A DNA stretch of 64,000 nucleotides from contig CAZQWQ010000040.1 of NCBI GenBank assembly GCA_964596925.1, forward strand, positions 65,469 to 129,468, written 5' to 3'. The DNA is from an uncultured Gemmatimonadaceae bacterium. GTDB taxonomy: Bacteria; Gemmatimonadota; Gemmatimonadetes; Gemmatimonadales; GWC2-71-9. Shown here one piece after another: positions 35,309 through 45,475 of this stretch. Positions within the stretch are counted from its first letter, which is position 1; every line of letters begins with the position of its first letter. Position numbers and translations under genes: made by a program. Under the pieces are notes generated by a model. That model was not told the DNA's origin and searched no databases. It was given only the letters and a program-made list of their open reading frames with translations.

Positions 35309-36987
35309 CAACGCGTCAGCGTCGCCACCGCGAGCTCCGCGAGCGCCACCAGCAGCGCGAAGAGCAGCAGCAGCCCGCTCACATCGGCGCGGCTCGTCCC
35401 CGCAAACGCCGCCGCCGCGAACTCGTCGCTCGCCAGCACTTCGGCGCCGAGCGCGGCCCGAACGAGATCGGGATCGGCCGCCGCGAGGTCGGATTCCCGA
35501 GCGTCCGGCCCGAACACGGTCGCGCTCACTGTGTCTCGGCCCACCGTGGTAAACGCGGCCCGCGGGGCGCCCTCGCGCTCCGCCACCGGGGCTTCGCCCC
35601 GCACGAAGCGGTTCACGAGGGCGTCCACAAAGGGCACGAATGCGGGCGTCGCGGGCAGGGCGGTCCACGTCGTGTCGAGCCGGCTGCCGAGCAATACGAC
35701 TCCTCCCACCGCCACCGCCCATGGTTCGCCGTTCACCCTGGCGAGCACGGCGGCGGAATCACTCCCCGTCACCTGCAGCCGCCGGGTCACCGCCACCCCC
35801 TCGAGGCTCAACACGGTCGCGCTCGTGAGCGGGCCGGGCGTACCCGGCCCCCCGAACCGCCACGTGAGCCCGCGTGCCGCGAGCGCGCGGTTGAACTCCC
35901 CCACCAGCGCGGGGTCTGCGGGGGGAATGACAACTGCCGCTCCCGCGCCAGGGCGCTCGCCGACGGTCACTTCCGCCCCGTCGGTAACCCGTCGCGCTGC
36001 GCGCAGCACGCTGAGCGCGGCGGTGACGAACGGCCCGGCCGCGAGGCTGGTCCGCACGCCCGCCGGACGCACCACGTGCCATACCACAACGCGCCGGTCA
36101 TCGGCGCGAAGCTCGTCCGGCTCGAGCCCGACCTCTCCGACCTTCCACCCCGGCGCGGCATCGGCGAGCGGCAGCGTCACGGCGGCGCCCGGCGACGCGA
36201 GCGCCCGCGCCACGTCACGTCCCCGAATGCGAAGCGTCACGGGCACCGCCCCCGCCCTCGCAGTGCCGCTGATCGCAACGACGACGGTCGCGTCGGCGAC
36301 GCGCGCGGACGCGATCCCGCGGTTCTCGGGCGCCGGACCGGCCGGCGCGAGGGCAAGCACCCGGACCCCGGCCGGCGGGTCCACTCGTCCCGACCCGAGC
36401 GCAGTGCGCTGCAGGTCGCTCACAATGTGCACCTCGCGAACGGTAGCCGGCTCGCCCGCCACCACGCGCGCCGCGCGGCTCACCGCCGCGCCGAGATCGA
36501 GCCGCCGCGCGTCGGCCGACGTGCTGTCCACCGCCGCTACCAGCTCCTCGGGCGTGCCGGCCCGAACGATCCCATCCGCCAGGACGAGCCACACTCGATC
36601 GGCGGCGGCGGCGCGCTGCAACACGGTACGCGCCGCGGTCTTCAGCCGGTCGAGCGTCACGTGGCCACTCGCCACCGCGGCCGACGAGAGCGAGTTGTCC
36701 AGGATTACAACGAGCGCCGTCGGCGGGTGCCCTCCGCCGGGGCGCTTTGTCGGCACGAGAGGACGCGCAGCGGCCAGGATGATGGCGACGATCAGCGCCG
36801 TGCGCAGCACCAGCAGCAGCAGGTGTCGCAACCGCAAACGCCGCGCGCTGCGTCGCTCGGCCTCCGTCAGATAACGTAACGGTGGGAACTCCGCTTCAGG
36901 CGGCGTGCGACGTTCGAACAAGTGCAGCAAAGCGGGGATCGCCGCGGCGACCAGGCCCAGCAGCGCCAGCGGGTGCAGGAAGATCAC
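35308..36987 (-). CDS. BatA-like protein: N-terminal double-TM 'aerotolerance' domain + vWA-like domain
   Basis: GTG at 36987 forms a GTGA overlap with the DUF58 stop. Motifs VIFLHPLALLGLVAAAIPALLHLF..RR, a second TM helix, and VILDNSLSS (DxSxS MIDAS-like). Confidence 0.7.
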   Translation of the reverse strand: MIFLHPLALLGLVAAAIPALLHLFERRTPPEAEFPPLRYLTEAERRSARRLRLRHLLLLVLRTALIVAIILAAARPLVPTKRPGGGHPPTALVVILDNSLSSAAVASGHVTLDRLKTAARTVLQRAAAADRVWLVLADGIVRAGTPEELVAAVDSTSADARRLDLGAAVSRAARVVAGEPATVREVHIVSDLQRTALGSGRVDPPAGVRVLALAPAGPAPENRGIASARVADATVVVAISGTARAGAVPVTLRIRGRDVARALASPGAAVTLPLADAAPGWKVGEVGLEPDELRADDRRVVVWHVVRPAGVRTSLAAGPFVTAALSVLRAARRVTDGAEVTVGERPGAGAAVVIPPADPALVGEFNRALAARGLTWRFGGPGTPGPLTSATVLSLEGVAVTRRLQVTGSDSAAVLARVNGEPWAVAVGGVVLLGSRLDTTWTALPATPAFVPFVDALVNRFVRGEAPVAEREGAPRAAFTTVGRDTVSATVFGPDARESDLAAADPDLVRAALGAEVLASDEFAAAAFAGTSRADVSGLLLLFALLVALAELAVATLTR

Positions 36988-37868
36988 GTGAGACGGCGCA
37001 GCGCCAAGCCGAACGGCTGATCGGTCATGATATCGTGGTACGCGATGCCGTGACGGCGGCAGGCGGAGCGCCAGGCCGCGATCTCCCGTTGCACCGTGTC
37101 GCGGTACGCACGCGCCAGCTCGCGCGGCCGCACGACGAGGCTCACATTGGATTCGGGATCCCTGAACCGAACCTCGGGTGGCCCCTCGAGCTCGCGCTCC
37201 GCGGGATCCATGAGGTGCAGCACTACGACCTGATGTCCACGGTGTCGCAAATACCGCAGTGCCGTGAGGGTGAGCTCCCGCTCCAGCAGCAAGTCGGACA
37301 GCAACAGCACCAATCCACGCCGGACCAGCAACGAAGTGACGTGGCGCAACGCCGCCTCGGCGGCTGTTCCCCGCCCCTCGGGCGTCGCCATGATGCCCCG
37401 CACCAGGCGGCGCCACTGTCCGGTTTTCACCCGCGCCGGCACCACCTCCCGGACCGCATCGTCGAACGTGATGAGTCCGGTGGCATCCCGTTGCCGCAGC
37501 AGGATGAGCCCCACGGCTGCAGCCAACCGCTCCGCGTATTCACGCTTGGTCAGGCGATCCGGCGCGCCGCGCCACGTCATCGAGCGGCTCGCGTCCATCA
37601 GGATCATCGCCCGCAGGTTGGTCTCTTGCTCGAACTGTTTCACGAACAGCCGATCGGCCCGGGCCAGGATGCGCCAGTCCAAGTAGCGAAGCTCGTCGCC
37701 CGGCTGGTAGGCGCGGTGCTCGGTGAACTCCACCGAAAAACCGCGAAACGGGGACCGGTGCAAACCGGAGAGGAAGCCCTCGACCACCCCCTCGGCTACG
37801 ATTTCGATCCCCCCCAGCTTCGCCACATCGGCGGGGTTGAGCAGGTCGAGTCGTGTGGCTGGGCTCAT
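36984..37868 (-). CDS. DUF58 family protein (MoxR/Bat-operon associated)
   Basis: Motifs GLHRSPFRGFSVEFTEHRAYQPGDELRYLDWR and ILMDASRSM are characteristic of DUF58 as I remember the family. Confidence 0.85.
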   Translation of the reverse strand: MSPATRLDLLNPADVAKLGGIEIVAEGVVEGFLSGLHRSPFRGFSVEFTEHRAYQPGDELRYLDWRILARADRLFVKQFEQETNLRAMILMDASRSMTWRGAPDRLTKREYAERLAAAVGLILLRQRDATGLITFDDAVREVVPARVKTGQWRRLVRGIMATPEGRGTAAEAALRHVTSLLVRRGLVLLLSDLLLERELTLTALRYLRHRGHQVVVLHLMDPAERELEGPPEVRFRDPESNVSLVVRPRELARAYRDTVQREIAAWRSACRRHGIAYHDIMTDQPFGLALRRLT

Positions 37869-38023
37869 GGCTCGCGGAAGCTAGAAGCGGTCATTTGTCC
37901 GTGGTAGAGGACAACGTCGCCTGGAGACTTGCCGGCGCCGCCGCGCAAGTGATTCCCGGGCAACTGGTTGCTGGAATGTCGATACGGCACGTGGCCTGCT
38001 TTTGGCCCCTGGCGGGAGGACCT

Positions 38024-39382
38024 ATGCTATCGAACCTATTCTTGTTTGCGGCCATTGTCGCGTTTCCCGCGCCGGAGCGCTCCGGTGTTGGAAGCTCCAC
38101 CGATTACCGGCCCCGCGTGGAAGTCTGGACCAACCGCGGCGACGATCCCTACCACACCGGTCAGCGCGCGCGTGTGTACCTGCGGGCCGACCGCGACGGC
38201 TTCGTTACCCTGTTCCGCGTCGACACCGACGGGCGGGTTCGAGTCCTGTACCCCCGCATGCCGTGGGAGGACAATTACGTCCGCGGTGGGGAGGAGTTCG
38301 AAGTCGATGGCGGCGCGGACGCCTTCGACATCGATGACTCACCCGGCGTCGGGTATGTGTTCGCGGTCATCGCCGCCGATCCATTCGAATACGACCCCAT
38401 TACGTCCGGCGACCACTGGGACTATCGCGTGATCGCCAACGGCCGGGTGAGGGGCGACCCCTACGTCGCGCTCACCGACCTGGCACAGCGCATCGTGCCG
38501 GACAGCTACACCGACTGGGACTACGACATCGTCCCCTACTATGTGGAGCGGCGGTACGACTATCCGCGGTTCCTCTGTTATGACTGCCACAGCTATGCGA
38601 GCTATCGCTACTGGGACCCGTACGCCTACTCCTGTGTGCGGTTCCGGATCGTGGTCTTCGACGACCCGTACTACTACCCCTATCGGTACTACGGCGGCCG
38701 GCGAGTGGTCTTCACCCGCCCGTTCCGTCCCGAGCCGCGTTTCATCTTCAAGGACCGCGGCGGCGTTGGCGACGATCGCTTCGTAACCCGCGAGCGGCAA
38801 CGTCCGGTGAATGACAATGGGCGTCGCGGGGTCCGCGGCGTCGACCTGGGCCGCCGTGGCACCGTCCCGGTGCCCGATGTCCGTCAACGCGGCCGCGACC
38901 CGCGCCCGGAGGTCACTCCACGCCGACCCGGGCGCCCGGAGGTCACCCCACGCCGACCCGAGCGCCCGCAACCGCAACAGCGGCCGGAGCAGCGACAGAG
39001 GCGGCCGGATCAGACGCAACAGCGGCCCGAACCGCGCGCACGGCCGGACAGCGGGCAGAGCTGGGAGCGACGCCGGACGGACCAGCAGCTGCCGGGGCGT
39101 CGTCCCGACCGACCGATCGTGCCACGGGACGAGCGGCGGCGCCCGACCGAGCAGCCCGCGCCGCGGCGGGCGGAGCCGCGCGAGCAGCCGCGGGCAGGAC
39201 CGCGCGAGCAGCCGCGGGCGCAGCCGCAACGCGAACGCCCGCGCGCAGAACCCGAACGCGCCCGACCACGCGCGGAACCGCAACGCGACCGCCCGCGAGC
39301 GGAACCCCGACGTGGCCGAGAACCGGCCCCCCCCAAAAGCCGGCCCTCCGGGCAACCGGAGTTGCGTCGCAGGCGGCCATAG
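38024..39382 (+). CDS. DUF4384-like secreted protein with Tyr/Asp-rich middle and Arg/Pro/Glu/Gln-rich repetitive tail
   Basis: ATG at 38024 preceded by GGGAGGA. DUF4384-like core ARVYLRADRDGFVTLFRVDTDGRVRVLYP. The tail carries repeats such as RPEVTPRRPG/RPEVTPRRPE and PREQPRA/PRAEP units. Confidence 0.65.
   Translation: MLSNLFLFAAIVAFPAPERSGVGSSTDYRPRVEVWTNRGDDPYHTGQRARVYLRADRDGFVTLFRVDTDGRVRVLYPRMPWEDNYVRGGEEFEVDGGADAFDIDDSPGVGYVFAVIAADPFEYDPITSGDHWDYRVIANGRVRGDPYVALTDLAQRIVPDSYTDWDYDIVPYYVERRYDYPRFLCYDCHSYASYRYWDPYAYSCVRFRIVVFDDPYYYPYRYYGGRRVVFTRPFRPEPRFIFKDRGGVGDDRFVTRERQRPVNDNGRRGVRGVDLGRRGTVPVPDVRQRGRDPRPEVTPRRPGRPEVTPRRPERPQPQQRPEQRQRRPDQTQQRPEPRARPDSGQSWERRRTDQQLPGRRPDRPIVPRDERRRPTEQPAPRRAEPREQPRAGPREQPRAQPQRERPRAEPERARPRAEPQRDRPRAEPRRGREPAPPKSRPSGQPELRRRRP
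38904..38963 (+). repeat. Perfect-phase 30-nt tandem repeat (2 copies, 28/30 identical) inside the DUF4384 gene tail
   Basis: GCCCGGAGGTCACTCCACGCCGACCCGGGC followed by GCCCGGAGGTCACCCCACGCCGACCCGAGC, encoding RPEVTPRRPG / RPEVTPRRPE. Confidence 0.85.
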
Positions 39383-39483
39383 AGCCTTCCAGCTTTGCAA
39401 CCTGCTGACGTGCCCGTCCGTGGTCCACCACGGCCGGGCACGCTAGCTTTCCCTTCCTTTCCCAATCGCGTCAGGAGTTTCCC

Positions 39484-41031
39484 GTGTCACCGATCTCCCG
39501 TTTGTGGTTGCTCACTCTGCTTCCGGGCGTGCTTTCGGCACAGACACCGGCGTCGATCGACCGAGCCGTCAATTCCATCACGCCCGAAGACGTCCGACAC
39601 CGGATCGGCATCCTGGCCGATGACTCGATGCTCGGTCGGGCCACGCCGAGCCTGCAGCTCGAGCAGGTGGCCCAGTATGTGGCCGCCGAGTTCCAGCGTT
39701 TTGGGCTCAAGCCCGGTGGGGACAACGGCGGGTACCTGCAGCGGTACGGTATCGTCCAGCGTCAGTTGGACACTGCGCGGTCAGCGCTCGAGATCGCCGG
39801 CCCATCCGGGACGCAGACGCTCAAGCCCGGGCGCGGCGTGAATCTGCTCCCCTTCGGTCCCCCACCATCGCGGGACGTGGCCGGTACCGTCGTGTTGTTT
39901 GCGGGACCTGGCGACACGTTGCAGCCGCTGTCCGGCACCGACGTGCGAGGGGCCTGGATCGTCATCATCGGGAGTGCCCAACCCAGCGGGTTGCGAATCA
40001 CGGATCCGGCGCCGGAGGCCGGGTTGCGGGCTGGCGCCGTGGGCATCCTGGTGATCTCGAACCGCCCGGATACCATGTGGCAGTCTCGTCTGGAGCGGCT
40101 CTCCCGCCCCACCCTGACCGTTCCCTGGCAGGCAGCGGCGGACACGATGCGTCGGCCGGCCCTGCTTGAAATCCGGGACGCGGACGCCGCCCGAGCGTTT
40201 GGCATCGATCCGGTCGCGTTGCGCGCGCAGCCGAACCGCACGACCCGGCGCCTCGAGGGATTTACCCTGACCTACCGGCCGGCCTACCGGGAGCTCTCGT
40301 CTGCAAGCGCGCCAAATGTCATCGGGATCCTCGAGGGCAGCGACCCCCAACTCAAGAATGAATACGTGTTCTTCACCGGGCACATGGACCATGTCGGCAC
40401 GCCTGGGGCCGGCCAAGGCTGCGCCGCTCGTGGTGGCGACACAATCTGCAATGGCGCGGACGACGATGCCTCGGGCACGGTGGCGGTGATCGAGGCGGCG
40501 GAGGCCTTCTCCCGCCTGGCTCCGCGGCCGAAGCGATCGCTCGTGTTCATGACGGTGAGCGGCGAGGAGCGTGGGCTGTGGGGGAGCGAGTATTTCTCGG
40601 AGTTTCCCACAGTGCCGCTCGCCGGCATCGTGGCCAACCTGAACACCGACATGGTGGGGCGCAACTGGCGCGACACGATCGCGGTGATCGGCAAGGAGCA
40701 TTCGGATCTCGGCGCCACGCTGGACCGGGTCAGCGCGGCGCATCCCGAGCTCCGCATGCGGGCGATCGACGACATCTGGCCGCAGGAAAACTTCTATTTC
40801 CGCTCCGACCACTACAACTTCGCCAGGAAGGGCGTTCCGATCCTGTTCTTCTTCAACGGCACGCACGACGACTACCACGAGGTGAGCGATTCGCCGGACA
40901 AGATCGATGCGGAGAAGGAAGCCCGCATCGTGAAGCTGGTGTTCTACCTCGGGCTCGACATCGCCAATGCGCCGCAACGACCGCGATGGAATCCGGAGAG
41001 CTATCGAAGGATCGTGCAAGGTGAGCATTAG
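39484..41031 (+). CDS. M28-family Zn aminopeptidase
   Basis: Signal peptide. PA-like insert. M28 motifs FFTGHMDHVG, GADDDASGTVAV, SGEERGLWGS and SDHYNFARKGVP. Confidence 0.9.
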   Translation: MSPISRLWLLTLLPGVLSAQTPASIDRAVNSITPEDVRHRIGILADDSMLGRATPSLQLEQVAQYVAAEFQRFGLKPGGDNGGYLQRYGIVQRQLDTARSALEIAGPSGTQTLKPGRGVNLLPFGPPPSRDVAGTVVLFAGPGDTLQPLSGTDVRGAWIVIIGSAQPSGLRITDPAPEAGLRAGAVGILVISNRPDTMWQSRLERLSRPTLTVPWQAAADTMRRPALLEIRDADAARAFGIDPVALRAQPNRTTRRLEGFTLTYRPAYRELSSASAPNVIGILEGSDPQLKNEYVFFTGHMDHVGTPGAGQGCAARGGDTICNGADDDASGTVAVIEAAEAFSRLAPRPKRSLVFMTVSGEERGLWGSEYFSEFPTVPLAGIVANLNTDMVGRNWRDTIAVIGKEHSDLGATLDRVSAAHPELRMRAIDDIWPQENFYFRSDHYNFARKGVPILFFFNGTHDDYHEVSDSPDKIDAEKEARIVKLVFYLGLDIANAPQRPRWNPESYRRIVQGEH

Positions 41032-41052
41032 GCCCTGGCGCGATCGGCAACC

Positions 41053-41322
41053 ATGAAGCTCGACCTCTACAAGAAGCACAAAGCGGAGTACGTCACTCCC
41101 AGGTCCCCGGCCCTCGTCACGCCCGCGTCCGCGAAATACCTCGCGATCGCCGGCCGTGGCGACCCGGCGGGATCGGCCTTCCAGGCCGCGGTCGGCGCGC
41201 TGTACGGGGTCGCGTTCACGATCAAGATGGCCAAGAAACGAGCCCGTCGAGACTACGCGGTGGCGAAGCTCGAAGGGGCGCGGCTGCGAACCATTCTCCG
41301 ACATCCGGTTCGCTCACGTTGA
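41053..41322 (+). CDS. GyrI-like domain protein remnant (apparent internal in-frame deletion)
   Basis: An 89-aa ORF whose first ~74 aa look like the N-terminus of ~200-aa GyrI-like small-molecule-binding proteins (KLDLYKKHKAEY...AIAGRGDP...FQAAVGALYGVAFTIKM...DYAVAKLEG). It then jumps directly to a C-terminus-like RLRTILRHPV. The 3' end overlaps the rho stop region. Confidence 0.5.
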   Translation: MKLDLYKKHKAEYVTPRSPALVTPASAKYLAIAGRGDPAGSAFQAAVGALYGVAFTIKMAKKRARRDYAVAKLEGARLRTILRHPVRSR

Positions 41323-42390
41323 GCGAGCGGTGGCCCCCAAGAGCTCTTCGTTGGTTTTGGATCGTCGCAACAGCGCCAGCAAGTTTTCCATCCCCTGCGC
41401 GGTCGGCAGCCCGACCAGACGCCGGCGCAGCTCCTGGCGACCGGCCACGACCGCCGGCGGCGCGAGCAGCTCCTCCCGACGGGTCCCGCTCGCCGCAATG
41501 TCCACCGCGGGATAGATGCGCCGGTCCGCCAGCTCGCGCGTCAAGCGCAGCTCGGCGTTCCCCGTACCCTTGAACTCCTCGAAAATCACGTCGTCCATCC
41601 GGCTCTCTGTCTCGACCAGCGCCGTGGCGATGACCGTCAGAGAGCCTCCGTCCGGCACCGCGCGGGCCGCCCCGAACAGTGCCTTCGGCTTCGCCAGCGC
41701 GTTGGCGTCGAGCCCCCCGGACATGGTGCGGCCGCTGGACCGCCCGGTGGTGTTGTGCGAGCGTGCGAGTCGGGTGATCGAATCGAGGACAATCACCACG
41801 TCCCGGCCAAGCTCCACCTGTCGCCGGGCGTGCTCGAACACCATGTCGGCGACCGCGACGTGCCGCTCGTGGGACAGGTCGAAGCTCGACGCAATCACTT
41901 CGCCGCGGCCCCAGTCGACCATCTCGCTCACTTCTTCCGGGCGCTCATCCACGAGCAGGATGAGCAGCTCGGCGTCGGGGTAGTTGACCGCGACGGCCTC
42001 GGCGACGGCCTGGAGCATGATGGTCTTCCCCGCCTTGGGGGGCGACACGATCAGGGCGCGCTGGCCGAAGCCAAACGGACACACCAGATCCACGACGCGT
42101 TGGATGTCACCGGTCCGTTGGCTGGACGGTTGTGCCATTTCGAGCCGGAGCGGCTTCGAGGGATGCACGGCTCCGAGGTTCGTGAACGCGGGACGATCGG
42201 TCAGCCGCTCCGGCGGCGTCCCGTTGACGGACGCGACGCGCCCGTTGTCCATGACGATCTGATCGCCACGACGCAACCCAGGCAGGCGAACCGCCGGGTC
42301 CCCCCGGGCCGGGAGGTAGCCGTTCGCCGCTACACGGAGCGCGCCGCCACCTTTCGGGGCGGGATCGAACCAACCAGTGATGGGTGACAG
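41314..42390 (-). CDS. rho: Transcription termination factor Rho, short form with atypical N-terminus and non-canonical start
   Basis: ATPase core motifs RVVDLVCPFGFGQRALIVSPPKAGKT, LLVDERPEEV, LDSITRLARS and TALVETESRMDDVIFEEFKGTGN. Homology continues upstream of the ORF-track TTG (42276) as ...ITGWFDPAPKGGGALRVAANGYLP. The only SD-supported in-frame start is CTG at 42390 (GAGGT six nt upstream). An in-frame TGA at 42426..42424 (minus strand) caps the ORF. Confidence 0.75.
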   Translation of the reverse strand: MSPITGWFDPAPKGGGALRVAANGYLPARGDPAVRLPGLRRGDQIVMDNGRVASVNGTPPERLTDRPAFTNLGAVHPSKPLRLEMAQPSSQRTGDIQRVVDLVCPFGFGQRALIVSPPKAGKTIMLQAVAEAVAVNYPDAELLILLVDERPEEVSEMVDWGRGEVIASSFDLSHERHVAVADMVFEHARRQVELGRDVVIVLDSITRLARSHNTTGRSSGRTMSGGLDANALAKPKALFGAARAVPDGGSLTVIATALVETESRMDDVIFEEFKGTGNAELRLTRELADRRIYPAVDIAASGTRREELLAPPAVVAGRQELRRRLVGLPTAQGMENLLALLRRSKTNEELLGATARST

Positions 42391-42420
42391 GGAGTGACCT
42401 CGATGATAAAGGTAAGCCTT

Positions 42421-42502
42421 CAGTTGTCAGTTGTCAGTCGTCACCGGGCCGGGAAGCCACCAACGCCCCTCAGGCAGCCTGACGACTGAGAACTGACGAC
42501 TG
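42421..42502. repeat. 23-bp inverted repeat built from heptad units, rho-lepA intergenic region
   Basis: The left arm is CAGTTGTCAGTTGTCAGTCGTCA (42421-42443). The right arm is TGACGACTGAGAACTGACGACTG (42480-42502). The reverse complement of the right arm matches the left arm at 21/23 positions, with one mismatch that would be a G.U wobble in RNA. The spacer is 36 nt and GC-rich. Each arm is about three 7-nt repeats (CAGTTGT/CAGTCGT). Confidence 0.75.
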
Positions 42503-42522
42503 GCGACTATATTCCGCCTCGC

Positions 42523-44314
<1,792 letters not shown>

Positions 44315-44322
<8 letters not shown>

Positions 44323-45355
44323 CCTGCTCATCCAGACGGCGTTCCTCGGCGACGTGGTGCTGACGACGCCGCTGCTCGCCGCGCTCGCGGAGCGCGAAGG
44401 GCCGCTGGACGTGGTGACGACTCCCGCCGCCGCACCGCTCCTGGAAACGCACCCGGCGGTACGGCGGGTGATCCCCTACGACAAGCGCGGCGTCGATCAC
44501 GGGTGGCGCGGCGTGCGCAACCTCGCCCGCCGGCTCCAGGCGGAACACTACGCCGCGGCCTATCTCCCCCATCGGTCGTTGCGCAGCGCGGCGCTGGCAT
44601 GGCTCGCGCGCATTCCGCGACGCGTCGGCTACCGCGACGGGTGGCAGCGACTCTACACGGAGACGCGCACCCGTCCGACGAGCGGTCACGAGATCGATCG
44701 GTTGCTCGTGTTGGCGGATGTGCCGCCGCGCCACCAGACCACCCCCTCGCTGCAGCTCACCGCCGCCGACGTCGCGGCGGCCGATGCGCTGTTGCGCGCC
44801 GTCCAGGTTGTGCCGCCATTCGTCGCCTTGGCGCCCGGGTCGATCTGGGGCAGTAAGCGATGGCCGCACTACGCGGCGCTGGCGCGGCGACTGGTATTGC
44901 GAACCGACGTACTGCTGGTCGGCGGGCCGGAGGACGTGACGCTGGCGGATGCGATCGTCGCGGCGATCCCCGCCCCGCCCGGACTCCCGGACGGTCGCGG
45001 GGAGGGGCGGCGCAAAGTGGTGAACGCCAGCGGGAAGCTGACGCTGCGACAATCCGCCGCGTTGATCCAGAAGGCGAGCGTGCTCGTCACGAACGACAGC
45101 GCCCCGCTCCATTTCGCGCAGGCGGTGGGGACGCCGACCGTGGCGATTTTCGGACCCACAATTCCGGTGTTCGGCTTCGGCACCCGAGGGCCGCGCGATG
45201 TCTCGTTGGGGATCGATGCCCTCGATTGCCGCCCCTGCTCGGCGCACGGGCCTGACACCTGCCCGCTGGGCCATCACCTGTGCATGCAATCACTTCGGGT
45301 GGAGGACGTGCTGCATGCCGTGGAGGAAACCGGAGCGTTCCATCGTCGCGGATAG
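44315..45355 (+). CDS. Glycosyltransferase family 9 (ADP-heptose:LPS heptosyltransferase-like)
   Basis: Motifs [27 protein letters not shown] and [26 protein letters not shown]. The TTG start overlaps the lepA end by 8 nt. Confidence 0.85.
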
Positions 45356-45475
45356 CGACTGACGCGAAGCGCCCAGGGCGCACGCTTGCCGTCCTTGCCT
45401 CCAGGCGGTACATCCTAACGATCCTCGCCGCCCCTGGCTGACGTCCTCGGGCGACGTGCTCTTGCGAGGTCTGGA

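Noticed and set aside
33176-36874. 1232-aa plus-strand ORF, the longest in the window
   Set aside because: It is antisense to mfd and the BatA-like gene. Its translation is low-complexity and rich in R, A, P, G and S, with no motifs. The opposite strand carries unmistakable Mfd helicase/TRCF motifs. This is the typical stop-free shadow ORF of high-GC DNA.
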